This document shows positions 38,521 through 52,032 of a stretch of 64,000 nt of DNA, one piece after another (within the stretch, counting starts at the first letter, position 1; every line of letters starts with the position of its first letter). The stretch comes from Chiloscyllium plagiosum (lineage: Eukaryota): contig NC_057753.1 in NCBI RefSeq assembly GCF_004010195.1, positions 1,306,760 to 1,370,759 of the forward strand, written 5' to 3'. A model generated the notes under the pieces. It worked only from the letters and a program-made list of their open reading frames with translations. It did not search any database and was not told where the DNA came from. Position numbers and translations under genes: made by a program.

Positions 38521-41500
38521 ATTTCTCTGAGTGATCTTGTTGTTTAATCACGTCTTTAAATCAATTAGCCTACAATCTCTGTCTATTGTATTTTCTCGAC
38601 GTCATTAAGCTTAAGAAAAGTAGGTTTCACTGACACTTTGATCACAAATTAAACGACTTTCCTGCACCAAAGAGTTAATATCAAGCATGCAGAAAATAAG
38701 ATTTTTTTAAAAATCAGATGTATTAATCTTATATATAATCACCACTTTGTTAAATGATTGAATGAAAACGACTCCTGTGGAATTCGTCGAACAGCCAGTT
38801 TTCTAACTTCTGATGAAAAAGAAACGCACTGCAAATTCGTCCATGTGGAGTCCTCTCCAAAAGCCCCAGACATGGAACTCTGTGTAAAACAAAACTCGCC
38901 TCCACGATTTAAAAGAAATATCTTTAGCAAAGTCTAAATCAAAATAAATTCTATGCGTATAATTTTGCAGAAACAAAGGAGCTATCCACGTGTAGGACTC
39001 TCTAAAAGGTCCGTCTTGAACCTCGATGCTGCAAATGTTATACAATGATAACAGTCTTCAAATACTTAAATGTTGATAACAGGTTTGAAAGACCTGGGTG
39101 TGCTCTCCTAAGTTTAGATGGATTGGTAGTGATCTGATGTGAATATTAGATTGATGAATGGTTGCATGCAGAAGATTTGACTTCGTTATTACAGAATAAG
39201 CTCGTGATTGATTAAATTGTACATTGGCCATTCTGGAACTAAATTGGAAATAATTATCACACACATTGTGCCTCTAACTCTCAAAAGCTAATAGCTACTG
39301 GGGAGTTAGGCTTTCCCAATGAGCTCGATGGATATGTGTTATCAAAGGTGTCAAAGAATATAGAATTAAGGTTTTAATTTTTTTGTGAGAGATTATTTGC
39401 GATCTAACTGAACATATATACTGTCTCTACAATCTGAGATGGCTTCTCCTGTTCCTCAGACATGCAATAGCTAGCGTTAGTTTCTAGGTGGAGTGAATTG
39501 CTGTTCCGTGAGCCCATTCTCATTTACAGAAGTGGACTATGGCAACAAATTATGAACTGATTTCTGATTATGCAGCACCGTATGGCTTAGATTCAAAGTA
39601 TAGACAAAATCGTGGATTTAAGGTATCTTCTGCAACATAAAGCTGAACAATTTTAATTGATTTTCGCTTTTGAATTACTGAACTGAATTCGCCCGTTTCA
39701 CTGCAAGAAGTGGAGGATCGAATTGTGTATGGCAAATTTGCGAGCTTTTTGTCGTTTGTCTTCTATAATTCGTAAGAAGCAGTTTGATGAAACCGGACAA
39801 TGATTAGCATAATCTGACCGTCACCCCAATCAGTGACATAGCACGGTAGATTCAATCTCACTGTTCGTTAAATTTATTTGCGTTGTTTTCAGATTACAGA
39901 AATTGGTGTTCCCCATTCAGTTGTTTTGCATATGTGTATTGGACTCTGTACAGTTTTAAAATCACTTCTCCGAATCCCAATGTCACTTGTGCCCATATTC
40001 TTCTAAAATATGATAACCATGGGAAGCCATTTCATGTATAATATTGACGATTTTATTCGCATGATGGATAATGGACAATCACTTTGACCTGTTCCCATAA
40101 CGTTGAGTATGTTTGAATGAATGCATAGCCAATAACTACCGTAAATCACTGACTCAAATTTGATTTTGTAGGTTGATACCATTTTCCATCTCTTAATACG
40201 TTGATGCAAGTGTTTTTGAGTCATTTGCAATGCTCAGGAAATGCATGAAATGAAGCTATTTTGCAAACTTTAGGACGTTGAAAGCAGCTAACGTGAGGCC
40301 GACCTTAAAACTACGGACAGAAGGGAGTGAGGGATTACATTAAGACTGAGCTGATTAATGATGACAAGAAGTCTTTGGACTCTCAGCCTTTCTTGTCATT
40401 GCAAGATGTGGCATTGGAAATTGACGATGTGTCTAAGGCTACTGAAAATTGACAATGTAGCTAATTGCAGTAACATTTTGGGGTGGCATCTTATCAGATT
40501 GTTCCAAATACATTTAAAATAATTTTAGATATCGGTTCTGGGATAGCAGTATCTCAGCTAGGGCCAAATTTATTGATCTGACACTTCAGCATTTGGAAGA
40601 CAGGAATGGCCCATTGCAGAATTCCAAACATCTGCTTTCTCCCAACAATAAACGCAATTGCATTCATAAAATGTATAACAATTAATTAAACACGATCCAT
40701 AATATCCAGTGCCAAGGTTTCAGGGTGTGCTAATTAGTTTTCACTAATTGATTCATTTATTACTGAATAGAGCGTCCAATTCAATACAGAAAGATGTTAT
40801 TATTTCCTTCTTTCATGAAGAATGAAGAACTGAAGACTGGATGCCGTTGATGAGCAAAGGTCGTCACACAAATTCAATAACATTATATCCCTTTTCTTTA
40901 TTGTATGATAAATTCCGAACCACGTTGCTCTCCACTCTAGAAGTCCAAGGTCATTATTTGCATGGGATCAGCCAGCGATTGCCGATTCCCCTTCAATTCA
41001 CTTACCATCCTGACCTGTTTTGTGCAATCCCCTATATACCATTGATTGTTGCAGACAGAATTAAAATATAATCTCGCAAGGAGGGATTGCAGATGGACAA
41101 TAAGAGCTGTAGTCCTGCCCATTCACAGGAATAAGTATTGATTCAATCTGTCGTGTGCTACGGCCAGTAAACATTGAAAGTAAATGAATAAAGCTCTGAA
41201 CGATGGTTGCTAAATTTTAAAAAACTGATTAATTTGACTTTGTTTGCAAAAGGAACATCATTTATTAGGCGAACACAGGCGATTATTAACATAGACATTG
41301 GAAAGAACTGAATTAAATTCCATTTCAAAAAGATATGTTGGATTTCAGGCCAGGATTTCAGCAAAACATAAGTGAATGGCAATATGGAGTAGATAATAGC
41401 AAGTACATTTCAAACTTCTGCTTTGACAGCATATAACACAATAATTAAATGAGAATACAACAGATACATCTCTTCGTGGCATCATTACATTTCCACAGTT

Positions 41501-43795
41501 TGTGGAAATGCGTGCAAGTTTCTACTGTTTCTGACAATTCATGATTTTTTAATGAAAATCACAATAATTACGGTATTGTTAATAAGCTTAATTCAAAGGC
41601 TCGGAAAAAACGCGTGGGAACAGAGGTACTGAGCAAACAAATGATAAAGATGTTACAAGGGTTTGAATGGCCCATTCGTTTCAAGAATGAATCCCTGACG
41701 CACTCAAAATGAAATTTATTCTCTTATAATGAGTAACTTTCATCGCAAATTGAAATGTTTGCAGCGAAATAAACAGCAGCGAAATCTGTCATTTAAATGT
41801 TAGCTATGATGTTACACAGCACCTGGCATCGGGTTGACTTGTTTGGTCTTTGTTAGTAGAAAGACATTCATTTTGTAATATGTTGGAAAATAATCCTTCG
41901 TGAAATTGATTTTGAACCACTATTATCTCATAACAACAATGTTGCTGGTAATTCGTAACCATGGTTTGAAAGAACGAATTATATTTGCAATGCATTTCTC
42001 CATATATGTCGTTACTGATAGTAGTGGCAATGTGCAGTATCCATTAGATTTCTACGAGAATGTGAAGCTCTGGGACTGTTTCAAGGTGGAATTAAATTGG
42101 ATGCTTCACTCATGACTTTGTATAAAGTGTTCTCTGGGCTCTGCATCTCGAAATATCCTAAAGATATTCTTAAGCACTTACTCAGTTACTTGCAGCAAAT
42201 GAAACGATTACTCAAATTCAGCACTGATAACATTAGTGTATAGCAAATAAAAATGCCAAACTGAGGAAATCTTTGGCTCGCACTGCCAGGTAATTAATGA
42301 CAACAGTGGTGAAAAAAATGTTCACACTTCTAGGTTTGTTTTCAAGTCTTTTCAAGCACTGTTTCTTGATAATGCATTTTCTGCATCTGTAGTAATGACT
42401 TATCTTCTGTTAAGTAATGGGCTTTTATCTATCTAATGCTTTTGGGTAAGAATGATATGTTTGACCGCGTATCTGTTTGTAAAGATTCTCTGGTTACTCG
42501 TCTCAAAGATGCATTGAAGTCATCTTTAACAAGTGAGTTACATAAGAAACACTTTCACTTTTTGAAAATGTTACCCACAATTGGCAACTTTCAAAAATTT
42601 GTCTGCAGCTTATACAATTTTCTCAGTTTGTAGCAGTTACTAGGAATTTCTTTAACACCAACATTTTAAAAAAAGCGTGAATGCAAACGCTAATGACGGA
42701 AAACGTGCAAGCAGTTCCCATTCCTTTGTTGAGACTACATAGGAAGGCACGTTGAAGTGATGCTGTGGAACAGCCGTTGAATTTCAGAGAGAAAGTCAAT
42801 TCAGTACCATTTGCAATCAGCATCTGATGAAGCTTCATTCACAAGCTTTCAGTGGAATCAGATGTAATGGTTTTCAGCAGTGATGTTCAATTTATCTACA
42901 AGGATCAAACGCCCAATAATTTAGACAGAAAACGTGTAAGCATGTTTAATAATCTGAAACATCCGCAGAATTCAAATAGCAGACTATATTTATGAAATCG
43001 GGAGTTCTGTTTTATGATCTGGAAACGATTGACCCATGCCCAGGTAATATCAATTCTGGTTCGACATTTTTACAAGTATGCAAAGAACAAAGAGCAATTT
43101 GGACTTGGAAGAAAAACAATTGGAGCATAGATTGATATTTTCAGAGAAGGTTAATTTCAGTAGCAATGCAAATACTGTGCAGAGAAATTCCCTTGCAATT
43201 TAGCAAATCAAACGAGTACAAGGAAATAAACTTAGGTCCAGGCCCATGTGGGCAAATGTAAGTTTGTTTACAGTTAACGAAGACAGATCCAGTTTGGGTT
43301 CAAAGCATCAGCAAGTTATAAGTCCCTGTTATTAAATTAATTAAAATAATTTTCACTCTACATCATCATTCTGCCTGCAAATTGAAACGGCCTCACTGAA
43401 AACTGAGCTTGCAGTTGACAACGTGATCATTAGTTCAATAATACTGGTGCAATAATATGTTTCAGAGGTCAGCTAATGGAAAAAATGCAAAAGCACACCC
43501 TGCAGCATTTAACGACCAACTTTTGAGAATTCAATTTCTCAAATTAGAGCGGGAACTTCCAGGAAAAAAAACTGTTTTCAATGTTCTAGCAAAGCTGAAA
43601 GAATGAACTGAAGACACCTTATGCCTGTGTGTGTATCATTTAACAAAAGAGGTTAAAATGAAAAATTATAATAAGCTTCTTGAATACTCCTTGAATATTT
43701 TTAAAAAAACTATGAAACCTCTTCTCTATTTTAAAAGGTTGCCCTGTGAAATGAGATCTTCACCTACTTACTTAGCAATTAATTTCAATGCGGGA

Positions 43796-44163
43796 TTTAT
43801 TTTTCTCATACAGAGCATTTTCATCAGTGAAAAGAAAAAAAACTGATGATCAGTGAAGACTGGAAATCATAAGCAAAAATAGACAGTGATGGAAAAACTC
43901 ATCAGCTCTGGTAGCATCTGCACAGAGAATGCAGATTTAACACTGTAGTTGCAGTGACCTTTTTTCAGAAATTCTGTATTTGTTTTTGGTTAATAGATTA
44001 CTGATTTGTAATTGAATGCTGTGTGGGGGAAACAAAATGCGGGATATCCTGTTATAGTTACAATGAATTCTTCACTTTGTATTTGGTTGCAGAGGCCACA
44101 CAAGAAGAATGATATATTGGTCATATTTGCATGTATAACACAGCCACCAGAACTATGTCGTGC
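43796..44163 (-). other. Candidate IgNAR TM2 / terminal exon
   Basis: Strong acceptor tgtttctttttcag|G at 44163, 1.8 kb downstream of the phase-0 TM1 donor; AATAAA at 43801-43796; no early in-frame stop, so the call is uncertain. Confidence 0.3.
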
Positions 44164-44499
44164 CTGAAAAAGAAACATCAAATGGATATTGGCTGATTGA
44201 AGTGATCATAGTGAATTTCTGTGAAAATGAATTACCGAGGGTGGCTGAAATTAGCTCTGAGAGAAATGCACTGAATCAGGATAACTCCTGAAATAATGAT
44301 ACTAATTTATTGAAGAGGTAAATCCATCATCATTATCAAATATTATTTAATGATGATAATGGGCACACGGTACAGAAGTCTGAGGGATAATAGTATTAAT
44401 CAGCACTAACAAATTAGGGAGTGAAATGATGAACTATTTCATCATCTCAAGGATGTTGGATATATTTAACCCACCTCCTCAAAATTGTGTTGAAGTCGA

Positions 44500-45120
44500 G
44501 GGCCACTTTATTTTTAATAAGTTATTCTGGACCCTTGCTTTAGTCAGAGTACATTGTATAGATGTAAGAGCAGGGCTGTTATTCTGGAGCTATACAAACC
44601 CTTGGTTAAGGCACAGCTGAATTCCTATGTGTAGTTGCGTTCGCAACATTATAGGAAGGATGTTCTTGAATTGGAGGGAATTTGGTGAAGATAATGGAGA
44701 GGTGGAGTGCTCTAGTTATGAACGGATGCTATATGCATCCTAGTTGTTTTCCAATGAACAGAGAAAACTGATGGGTGATGAGATTGAGATATATATGACT
44801 ATAAGCAGCCTGGACAGGGTCGATGGGAAACTCATTTTCTTTAGTTGAGTGTTCACTAAGGAAAGGACATAATTGGAAATGAAGGGCAAGTGTATTAGAT
44901 AGAATTACATTAAATATTTGTTCAACCAGACGGTAGTGGGCATTTGGAGTCCACTGCCTCTGAGTGTAGTAGAAGCGAAAAACTTTACAAAATTTAATTG
45001 TGAACATGGATGAATACTTCAAGTGTCATAACATTCAATGCAAATGCGGGAAAGTGGGATTAGAGTAGTTAGGTCACCGCAGACTCAACGGGTCGAAGTT
45101 CCTCTTGTGTTTTCTGTGAT
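44500..45120 (+). mobile_element. Old CR1 3' portion
   Basis: ggagctatacaaacccttggttaaggcacagctg…ttcaaccagacggtagtgggcatttggag…. Confidence 0.7.
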
Positions 45121-45159
45121 TGTGTTTATATACCACTAGGACAAACAATCATTCTGCAT

Positions 45160-45355
45160 GATGTGGAGGTGCCGATATTGAACGAGAGTGGGCAAAGTTA
45201 AAGATCACACAACACCAGGTTATGGTCCACCAGGTTTACATGGAAGTATTACTTCCAGAGCGCTGCTCCGATGAAGGAGCAGCTTTCCGAAAACTGGTGC
45301 TACCAAATAGACCTGTTGGATATAGTCTGCTGTTGTGTCATTTTCAAACCTTCCT
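45160..45355. mobile_element. Hairpin element (family of 24435) retaining a degenerate central hammerhead-like core
   Basis: aaagttaaagatcacacaacaccagg… arm; ccgatgaaggagcagctttccgaaa; inverted arm …cctgttggatatagtctgctgttgtgt. Confidence 0.7.
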
Positions 45356-45927
45356 CCATTTATCCTATAACGTCATGGAAGAATCTTGCATATTAAACGT
45401 AAAGCCACCTCTCATATCCATGCTTCTTCCCATCTTATCACACTGATCTGCCACTGATCCTTAATTAACTGATATTTTCCTCATTCCTTCCTGAACGTGC
45501 TGAGTTATTTGGAATAGCTAGTTGTGGACTTCTTTCCATATATTTTTCACTTTTGTACTATCAGTTCTAAATATATTTCACAGTGTCAAGCTTATGAACA
45601 ATATGTATGAACCAACTCTTCTTTTAAAACTGTTTCTGTCCTTTTATGAGTCAACACTAACAATTAAGCATTACTTCATTACTGACATATTTTGGTTCCA
45701 TAATCCAACATTTTTTCATGTATGCCTGCATTCCACTATGCAATCATGGTATTGATGACTTTTCGTCAAGATGGAAGTTAATCTGTTAAATTCAATGTCA
45801 TTCTTTGTATAGGATTAACTATTTTTCAGTTAGATAAAAAGCATTACTATGCGCAGCTTCGCAGCATCTCAGCTACGAACGTAGTGGACTTGCAGAATGT
45901 CACACTGCTATTAGAATGTGTTATTAC

Positions 45928-46037
45928 CTTAAGCACAGTGACAAATATGCTGGACAGCATACTGAGAATAAACAGGATGACGAAAGTAATGATGGATAAT
46001 GAACTTTTGGTGTCTGCATCCACAGAATATTGAATAA
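45928..46037 (-). pseudogene. IgNAR transmembrane exon TM1
   Basis: acag|TT ATT…: IQYSVDADTKSSLSIITFVILFILSMLSSIFVTVLK|GTAATA; antigen-receptor CART-like pattern TF..LF.LS…S..VT..K with a phase-0 donor after K; acceptor position inferred from phase. Confidence 0.75.
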
Positions 46038-46976
46038 CTGTCTGACAGCAATATGGTCCACCATCAAAACATTTTCGAGGCTGAAACATTTGTCGACTTG
46101 CAATTATAATTCTTTGGCAGCTCACATGCATTTCGTGAGAATTGGTAAATAATCACTTAGACACCTATTATTTCCTCACTGGCTTCTTTTTGTCACAAGA
46201 TATTTATACACTTTCACGGAAGTATGGACCTCCATTACTTTCATTATCATGATTATTTCACCTAATATTTTACTGCATTCTTTTTAAATTATATTGTCTG
46301 CATTAACTCCCTCTTCCTGAAGACAAAGTATTCTGGAAGAACCAGTTACAATGCCTATTTCTCTTCGGCCCAACCCCTTCATTATTCACTCTCTTGCGTT
46401 AAAAAGCACAAAGAAAACATTATTAGGTATTCCTTAAGCTTTCCATAATTTATTTTCATCCTCTAGGTGCTTTCCTAATTTTCTTTTTACTTTAATTACT
46501 TTGGATTCTTTAAATTCTGCTGTTGTGAGTATAAGAACATGGAAACATGCTAGCAGGAGTAGACAGTTCAGCCACTTGAGACTGATTCGCCATTCTAGAT
46601 AGTATCGGATCATCTATTTCAGAATATTTTGCTATACATTCACATTTACAAAAATGTCATGAGCGTCAAAAATCAATCATACACTGTCATGCACATTCTG
46701 GATAAATCTCTCGTTATTCGATTACTTAAGAGTATTTGTGCAGTTTCATCAAACTATTTTCATCGGGCAGTATGACAATCTCACAAATTTGTAATCTGGA
46801 TGTCTGTTGCAGTTCATTTGAAGGCAAGTGCAACTTGGATCTCCCTTGCATTCTCATTACAATCCACATAGTTACGTAACACTCACAGTGCTGAAAAACT
46901 TACATTGTGTTCTTATAATCAGTAACACAGCTTTGGAATAACAAATGCATAAACATTGTTCCTTATAATAACTCAC

Positions 46977-47021
46977 TTGTAATAACATTCCAGCAGTAGA
47001 ATGAAGGTTTTTGTATTCCAT
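46977..47021 (-). other. Candidate 45-bp membrane-proximal spacer exon
   Basis: aattttag|AT GGA ATA CAA AAA CCT TCA TTC TAC TGC TGG AAT GTT ATT ACA A|GTGAGT; symmetric phase 1, open frame (DGIQKPSFYCWNVIT), lies between C5 and TM1. Confidence 0.45.
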
Positions 47022-48604
47022 CTAAAATTACTTTATATTTTATTAATTATTATTATAAATCATAATTAATGCCAATATAATATCCGTCATCAATAAGTCT
47101 TGAATTCACAGCAGTATAGATAATGCAGAGAAATTAGAGCTCAAAGTATATTTAGGCAGTTGGAGTTTTCATTCAAAACAATCATGATCGCAGAAGTATC
47201 GTGCTTATCACAGGATAAATTATTTCACATAATGAATTCGAAGTTCACATCCAGGGTTTTAGTCTAACACTGCCATTTCAGTTTGAACTGATCTGATATC
47301 AACTCTCAGCAACCGCTGAAGCTAGCATCCATCTCATCGCAAAAGCAAATTAATTTAATTTAATCAATTCCAACTGATATCAGGTCTGCAGTGAATTGTA
47401 TAAATTGGCATCGAGTAACCGAGGAACAGACTATGAAAAATGATTGGTTCAGATGGCAAGCAATTATTTCGGCACTGTAGAGCTCGATTGAGAACTTGGC
47501 AGGCAAATAAAAGGCAACTCCAGAACTGTATTTGCAGCTCTGCCTGATCCAAAACGAATGCTTCAAATAGCTGTCATAGCTTGGTGACTTTCACAGTTCA
47601 CCAACTAACCAGAAGGTAAAGTCACGGATCCCTCAATAAATGAGATTTTTTTTCGCGTGAACACGTACTACAAACAAAAACGTAGCAGTTTGTATTGTCA
47701 ACGAATCACACGAGATTATAGATATACAGATTCAATTTCAGTAGCTGCATCATTCTTCAGTTCGCAGGTAATGTCAAACATGAATAGATACCCTGCAACA
47801 TGACTTAATGAATCCACTCTAGTTACTGACACCCACATCATTATGGACTTGCGGGACGGTATACAACACTGTGTTTCTCCAATATAATGAACCAGCCACT
47901 GTCCAACCAGATATCACATACAATGTTATGGATATTTTCCCACTCAAACACAGTCGCATGACCCGTTACACTGAACTGGCAATTGAAGATAATCTCTTCA
48001 ATCACTAATCCAGCATGAACAGTTATCACATCACATTGGACAGAACTATTCACGCACAGATATGCCCGACAGCATGGAAAGATATCACCTTGAAGATTAT
48101 GGCAGAATGCCGCACTCAGAGATACAATGTATTGAGAATGATTATCCCCTGTCATGTAACAGCTATAAGTGCTTAATGTCCAAAGTTTCATCACATTCAC
48201 GAACAGGGGTCAGATATATATGTTCACCAAAGGCGATTACCTGAGCGTGCTATCTCACACCTGAACACTGTTGTCAGCTTTTGTGACCATGTAGACATTT
48301 CAGAACCACATTTATTTGCACTGTTACTTCATAAATTATTCAGAACATATATTTTACTAAACACTTAGATCAGAATAGTCAATTTGAAATTTGGGTCTTG
48401 TAGATTCGGAATGTTGCAAATGTTTAGCGAAAGACATTCTTCTCTCATTTTAAAATGTAGACTTTTTGGATGAAGAAGCATCGTGGATGCAAGAGAACCT
48501 AGACAGGAATTTGTCAACCAATTCATCAGATTGCTCCATTGGTTTCAGCTTATTGTGCGCTAAATTTCAGTAAGACACTTTATATAAAAAAGTGGATCTT
48601 GTAA

Positions 48605-48785
48605 ATCAGTTACAAAAGCAGAAATTGCTAAAAAGGCTCAGCACATCTGTCAGCATCTGTGGAGAGAAATAAGATTTAACGTTTCGGATCGAGTGACCCT
48701 TCCTCATTGGTTCTAAAGAAGGTCACTCGAACAAAACGTTAACTCTGATTTCTGTGCAAAGACACTGCCAGACCTATTGATACTT
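48605..48785. mobile_element. Palindromic short element with degenerate hammerhead cores
   Basis: Minus strand ATGAGGA-A-GGGTC(ACTC)GATCC-GAAA-CGTT at ~48675-48707, with an inverted partner arm; relatives at 18420-18590, 43850-43990 and 51560-51680. Confidence 0.65.
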
Positions 48786-50166
48786 GTAAAATGGTCTCTT
48801 TGGTACGCAGGTTCTAAATGCCACAATGTTATTATACCAACGATAGGATCAGCTAATTGATCATAAATTTGGATCCACTTACAATACTTCAAATAGATGT
48901 TTTCATTGTCTAGATGGACTCTGAATTCGCATGCTCTTAGTCAGGGCCAGCGTGCAGATTCTACATGGGTGATGTTATAAGCATAGAGCCTTGTGGCTGA
49001 TGCAGTAATGATGCTGGGCGAGTATGAGTTGACATACTGTATCATTTGGAATGACTGGTTAAGTGAAGGTAAGGGTAGTCAGTTATGAATTTAACTGACA
49101 GAATTTTATTGGATGAGCACCATGATAGCAAAAGTAAAATCTGGATGTATCATAGGCCAGAATCACATAGGAGCAGAAGACTTAGTGAAAATAGGTTCAG
49201 AAGGGGTTACACCAACAGTGGTGGAAAAGAATGTGGAGGAATTTAAATACGTCAATAAGAATTTTATGAGGAAAGCATTAATGGACATTGTTTAATAGTT
49301 CAGTGTTGATGGATGAATGGGAACGCCTGCAAATTTGTTTGCCATTTAATTGCGTTTTGTGTCAATTTAATACTTCAACAAGTGGAAGATATATAACAGC
49401 CAACGAACGGGCTAAACAATAGCCTGAATGACATCACTTCTTTGAAAGCAGATAAAACAGAAGAGATGACAGTCATCTATCAGAGTGAGCAATTGGCTTA
49501 GAAATTCCGTTTAAGTAGGATGCCAAGTTAGAAATATAAGCAACTGCCAACACAGGATATGGCCAAAAGATCAATGATGCAGATGTGTGAAGAACCTGGG
49601 TTGTCGCCAGAATAAAAGACAATGATTTAGGTCTCTGCGCTGTTTGACTGCAGTTTTATGTCTTAGGACATATTAGACAAAGAGGAAAAATGTACGACTG
49701 TGAGAAGGTTATGTGTTATCAGTGTCGAAGTGGAATCTACTTTCGGAAGATAACCAGGATGGACTGCATGTATCCCTACTCTGGATGTAACACGAAATCT
49801 ATAGACTAGGTTTGGACGTTTGTATAGTGGAAAACTTGGCAGGACTGGTTAAATGAAGGGAAGACAAACTTGGATGGCTGATTCGCATACTGAATAAGTT
49901 GGCATCACATCAACTTCAGTCATTTCGTATAACAATAGATACCACAATGACTCAGCTTAAAGGAAGAGTGCTGCCAAGAACGTCTAGGATAAGTGTGGCT
50001 TAGTCAGAGAGAACTGGAATGGGTCTGATGTTCTGCACGTGCTGCAGTGTTGGCGTTTCCAAAAAAAAAGATAGCACACACACTTTTATCAACGTCTAAG
50101 TGGTCTTTCTGAAAATATTATATATGCAAACCAAGAATAAGTAAGTCGAAGAGATTTCATTCTGCA

Positions 50167-50172
50167 TTTATT
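50167..50172 (-). other. Candidate polyadenylation signal of the secretory IgNAR transcript
   Basis: AATAAA 320 bp downstream of the secretory stop codon. Confidence 0.5.
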
Positions 50173-50491
50173 GCAATCATTGGAGCCACATACGCACTTA
50201 AACATGGTTTGCTATTCCTTCAGTCGCGATATGAAACGTTTCAGGCGATCTTCAGAACGGTTACACTCACAAGACAAGGTTTTCCTTGCATTTCAGATTC
50301 TCAGCTTAATTATCTTTACAAAACATACAATTTCAAATTGTGGCTATTTTCTTTTTTGAAAATGTGTTCACTGATCAGAAATGTGACTGTTGCATGAAAT
50401 GACTTAAAAAGTATTGGTTTGGTTGCTGAAAGAATTATTGCCATAACAACATTAATCCATCTAAGGAAAACTATTAGCCAATCACTGCAAG

Positions 50492-50874
50492 TTATGTGCA
50501 GGTTTTAACAATGTCACTTAGTACGACCGAAACATTAACTGATGTCAGTTTACCGTGAGACTTATTTGTACTTCTGATTAACTGTCGGCTGAGGGATGTG
50601 TGTCCCACTAAGCAGGAGTAAGTGGTGACACTGTTCCATTCCGCCGCTTTGACTCACAACCTGCTAGTCATGAAATTGGAATCATTCCCCTTCTCGCTAT
50701 CTACGTAGGTCCAATACCTGGAATCTAAAATGTTGTCATTGGATATCCAGCCAATATAAATGTCAGCTGGATAAAAGCTGGTGGCTAGACACATCAGGGT
50801 CGCTAAATTCTCAGTGTCAATCTCGTCCGTCGATTGACGCAGGAGATAAACCTGAGGAGGACGCATTTGGCCGT
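50492..50874 (-). pseudogene. IgNAR C5 exon + secretory tail (premature TGA at 50656-50654)
   Basis: ttgcag|AC; DGQMRPPQVYLLRQSTDEIDTENLATLMCLATSFYPADIYIGW…TSRL*VKAAEWNSVTTYSCLVGHTSLSRQLIRSTNKSHGKLTSVNVSVVLSDIVKTCT*; internal donor G|GTAAAC at 50553 for TM splicing. Confidence 0.93.
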
Positions 50875-51184
50875 CTGCAAAGAGAGTGATGTTTGTTTAA
50901 CTGAGACTGCCTTATGTCTGCATCACAATTACACTGTCAGTTATATATGTGGTTGATAAAATATTTCCTATCTGTAACACAGTGCAAATATCTGTGAATG
51001 CTGCAGCATTTCAGGCCCCATGGTTTTCTGGTTTAATTCTTGGAACCAATCATATATTTTTCAAGGACTGCTTTTCGTGGTATGCAAATGATTCAATACT
51101 TATACTTCTTCACGCTTGTCATTATACATCTGCAGAAAAGCAGGGGCGATGGCTATTGGACTTCGCAGGAATCCTCACAGTGTT

Positions 51185-51460
51185 TTAAACAGCCCATTCA
51201 GCCAAGCCATTCCATAACCTCCCTACAAAGAGCATCCCTCCCACACCCACCCAGTAATGCCAGTCACCGCAAATACATATTTCCCATGGCCAATTCATCT
51301 TCGCTGCACATCCTTGGACTGTCGACAAAAACCGGAACATGCAAAGGAAGTCCACGCAGGCGTGAGGAGAATGGGAAAACTCCACACAGACAGTGCCTGA
51401 ATTGAAAATAAATCCGAGGAGTGGTGCTGTGCAGCGGTGATGCTGCTGACTTCTGGCCAT
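51185..51460 (-). mobile_element. HE1-type SINE in C4-C5 intron
   Basis: Reverse complement has ctgtctgtgtggagtttt core and CR1-like tail. Confidence 0.75.
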
Positions 51461-51713
51461 TTAATGTAACACATTCATGAATTGACAGGATTTGTTTCCG
51501 GTGGACTAGTGTATGAGTCAGACTGATCTCATAGTAACATAAACTTTTTTCTTAGAAAAAAATCACATACTGGATTGGAAAGTTTCACCCTGGGTTTTTC
51601 TCGCCATAGATTCTGCCAGTCCTGTTCGGTTTCTGTAGAACATTCTTTTTTATAATGTCAGATTTCTGAAATCGATTCTATTTTGTTCTCATTGCAGTAT
51701 TATCCCCACTTAC

Positions 51714-52032
51714 CAATTTCCTTCTTGATAGAGTTTTTCACTGGTGTTGGTAATTCACTATCTTCGACCGCGCACATATATTCAGCACCACTGTCCCACT
51801 CTGACGCCATGATTTTTAATTTCTCACAATGGTGAACTTTCTTCCATTCCAATCGGGATTTTCCATCTCGACCCCCTTTGTTCTCTCAGCCCCATTCACT
51901 TGCCAGAAATGTAGATGTTTTCTAAGTCGCGGTAAATGATTTTGCAAACAATGGTCGCCGTCTTTTGTGTCCAGATCTCGTCAAATGGAGATTTCAGTAG
52001 ATTGACAGGAATGTCTGTCTGATGGCAATAAC
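51714..52032 (-). pseudogene. IgNAR C4 exon (two 1-bp deletions)
   Basis: cttttcag|GT; YCHQTDIPVNLLKSPFDEIWTQKTATIVCKIIYRDLENIY/fs/FWQVNGAERTKGVEMENPDWNGRKFTIV/fs/KLKIMASEWDSGAEYMCAVEDSELPTPVKNSIKKEI|GTAAGT. Confidence 0.93.

Noticed and set aside
42623-42838. ORF segment TFSLKFNG…FLC resembling VNAR E-F strands
   Set aside because: Spacing is off by one, and there is no upstream Cys/Trp or downstream heptamer; insufficient for a V pseudogene
45578-45606. CACAGTG-12-ACAATATGT cryptic RSS, and other isolated CACAGTG heptamers
   Set aside because: Poor nonamers and no adjacent V/D/J coding segment; expected by chance
46290-46500. Pyrimidine-rich acceptor-like site upstream of TM1
   Set aside because: Immediate in-frame stop; the sequence resembles a decayed CR1 ORF2 segment
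47841-48200. 119-aa minus ORF with V-set-like spacing (…VQCDV…FNCQF…FEW)
   Set aside because: No second Cys/DxxxYxC motif, no RSS and no convincing splice acceptor; likely chance
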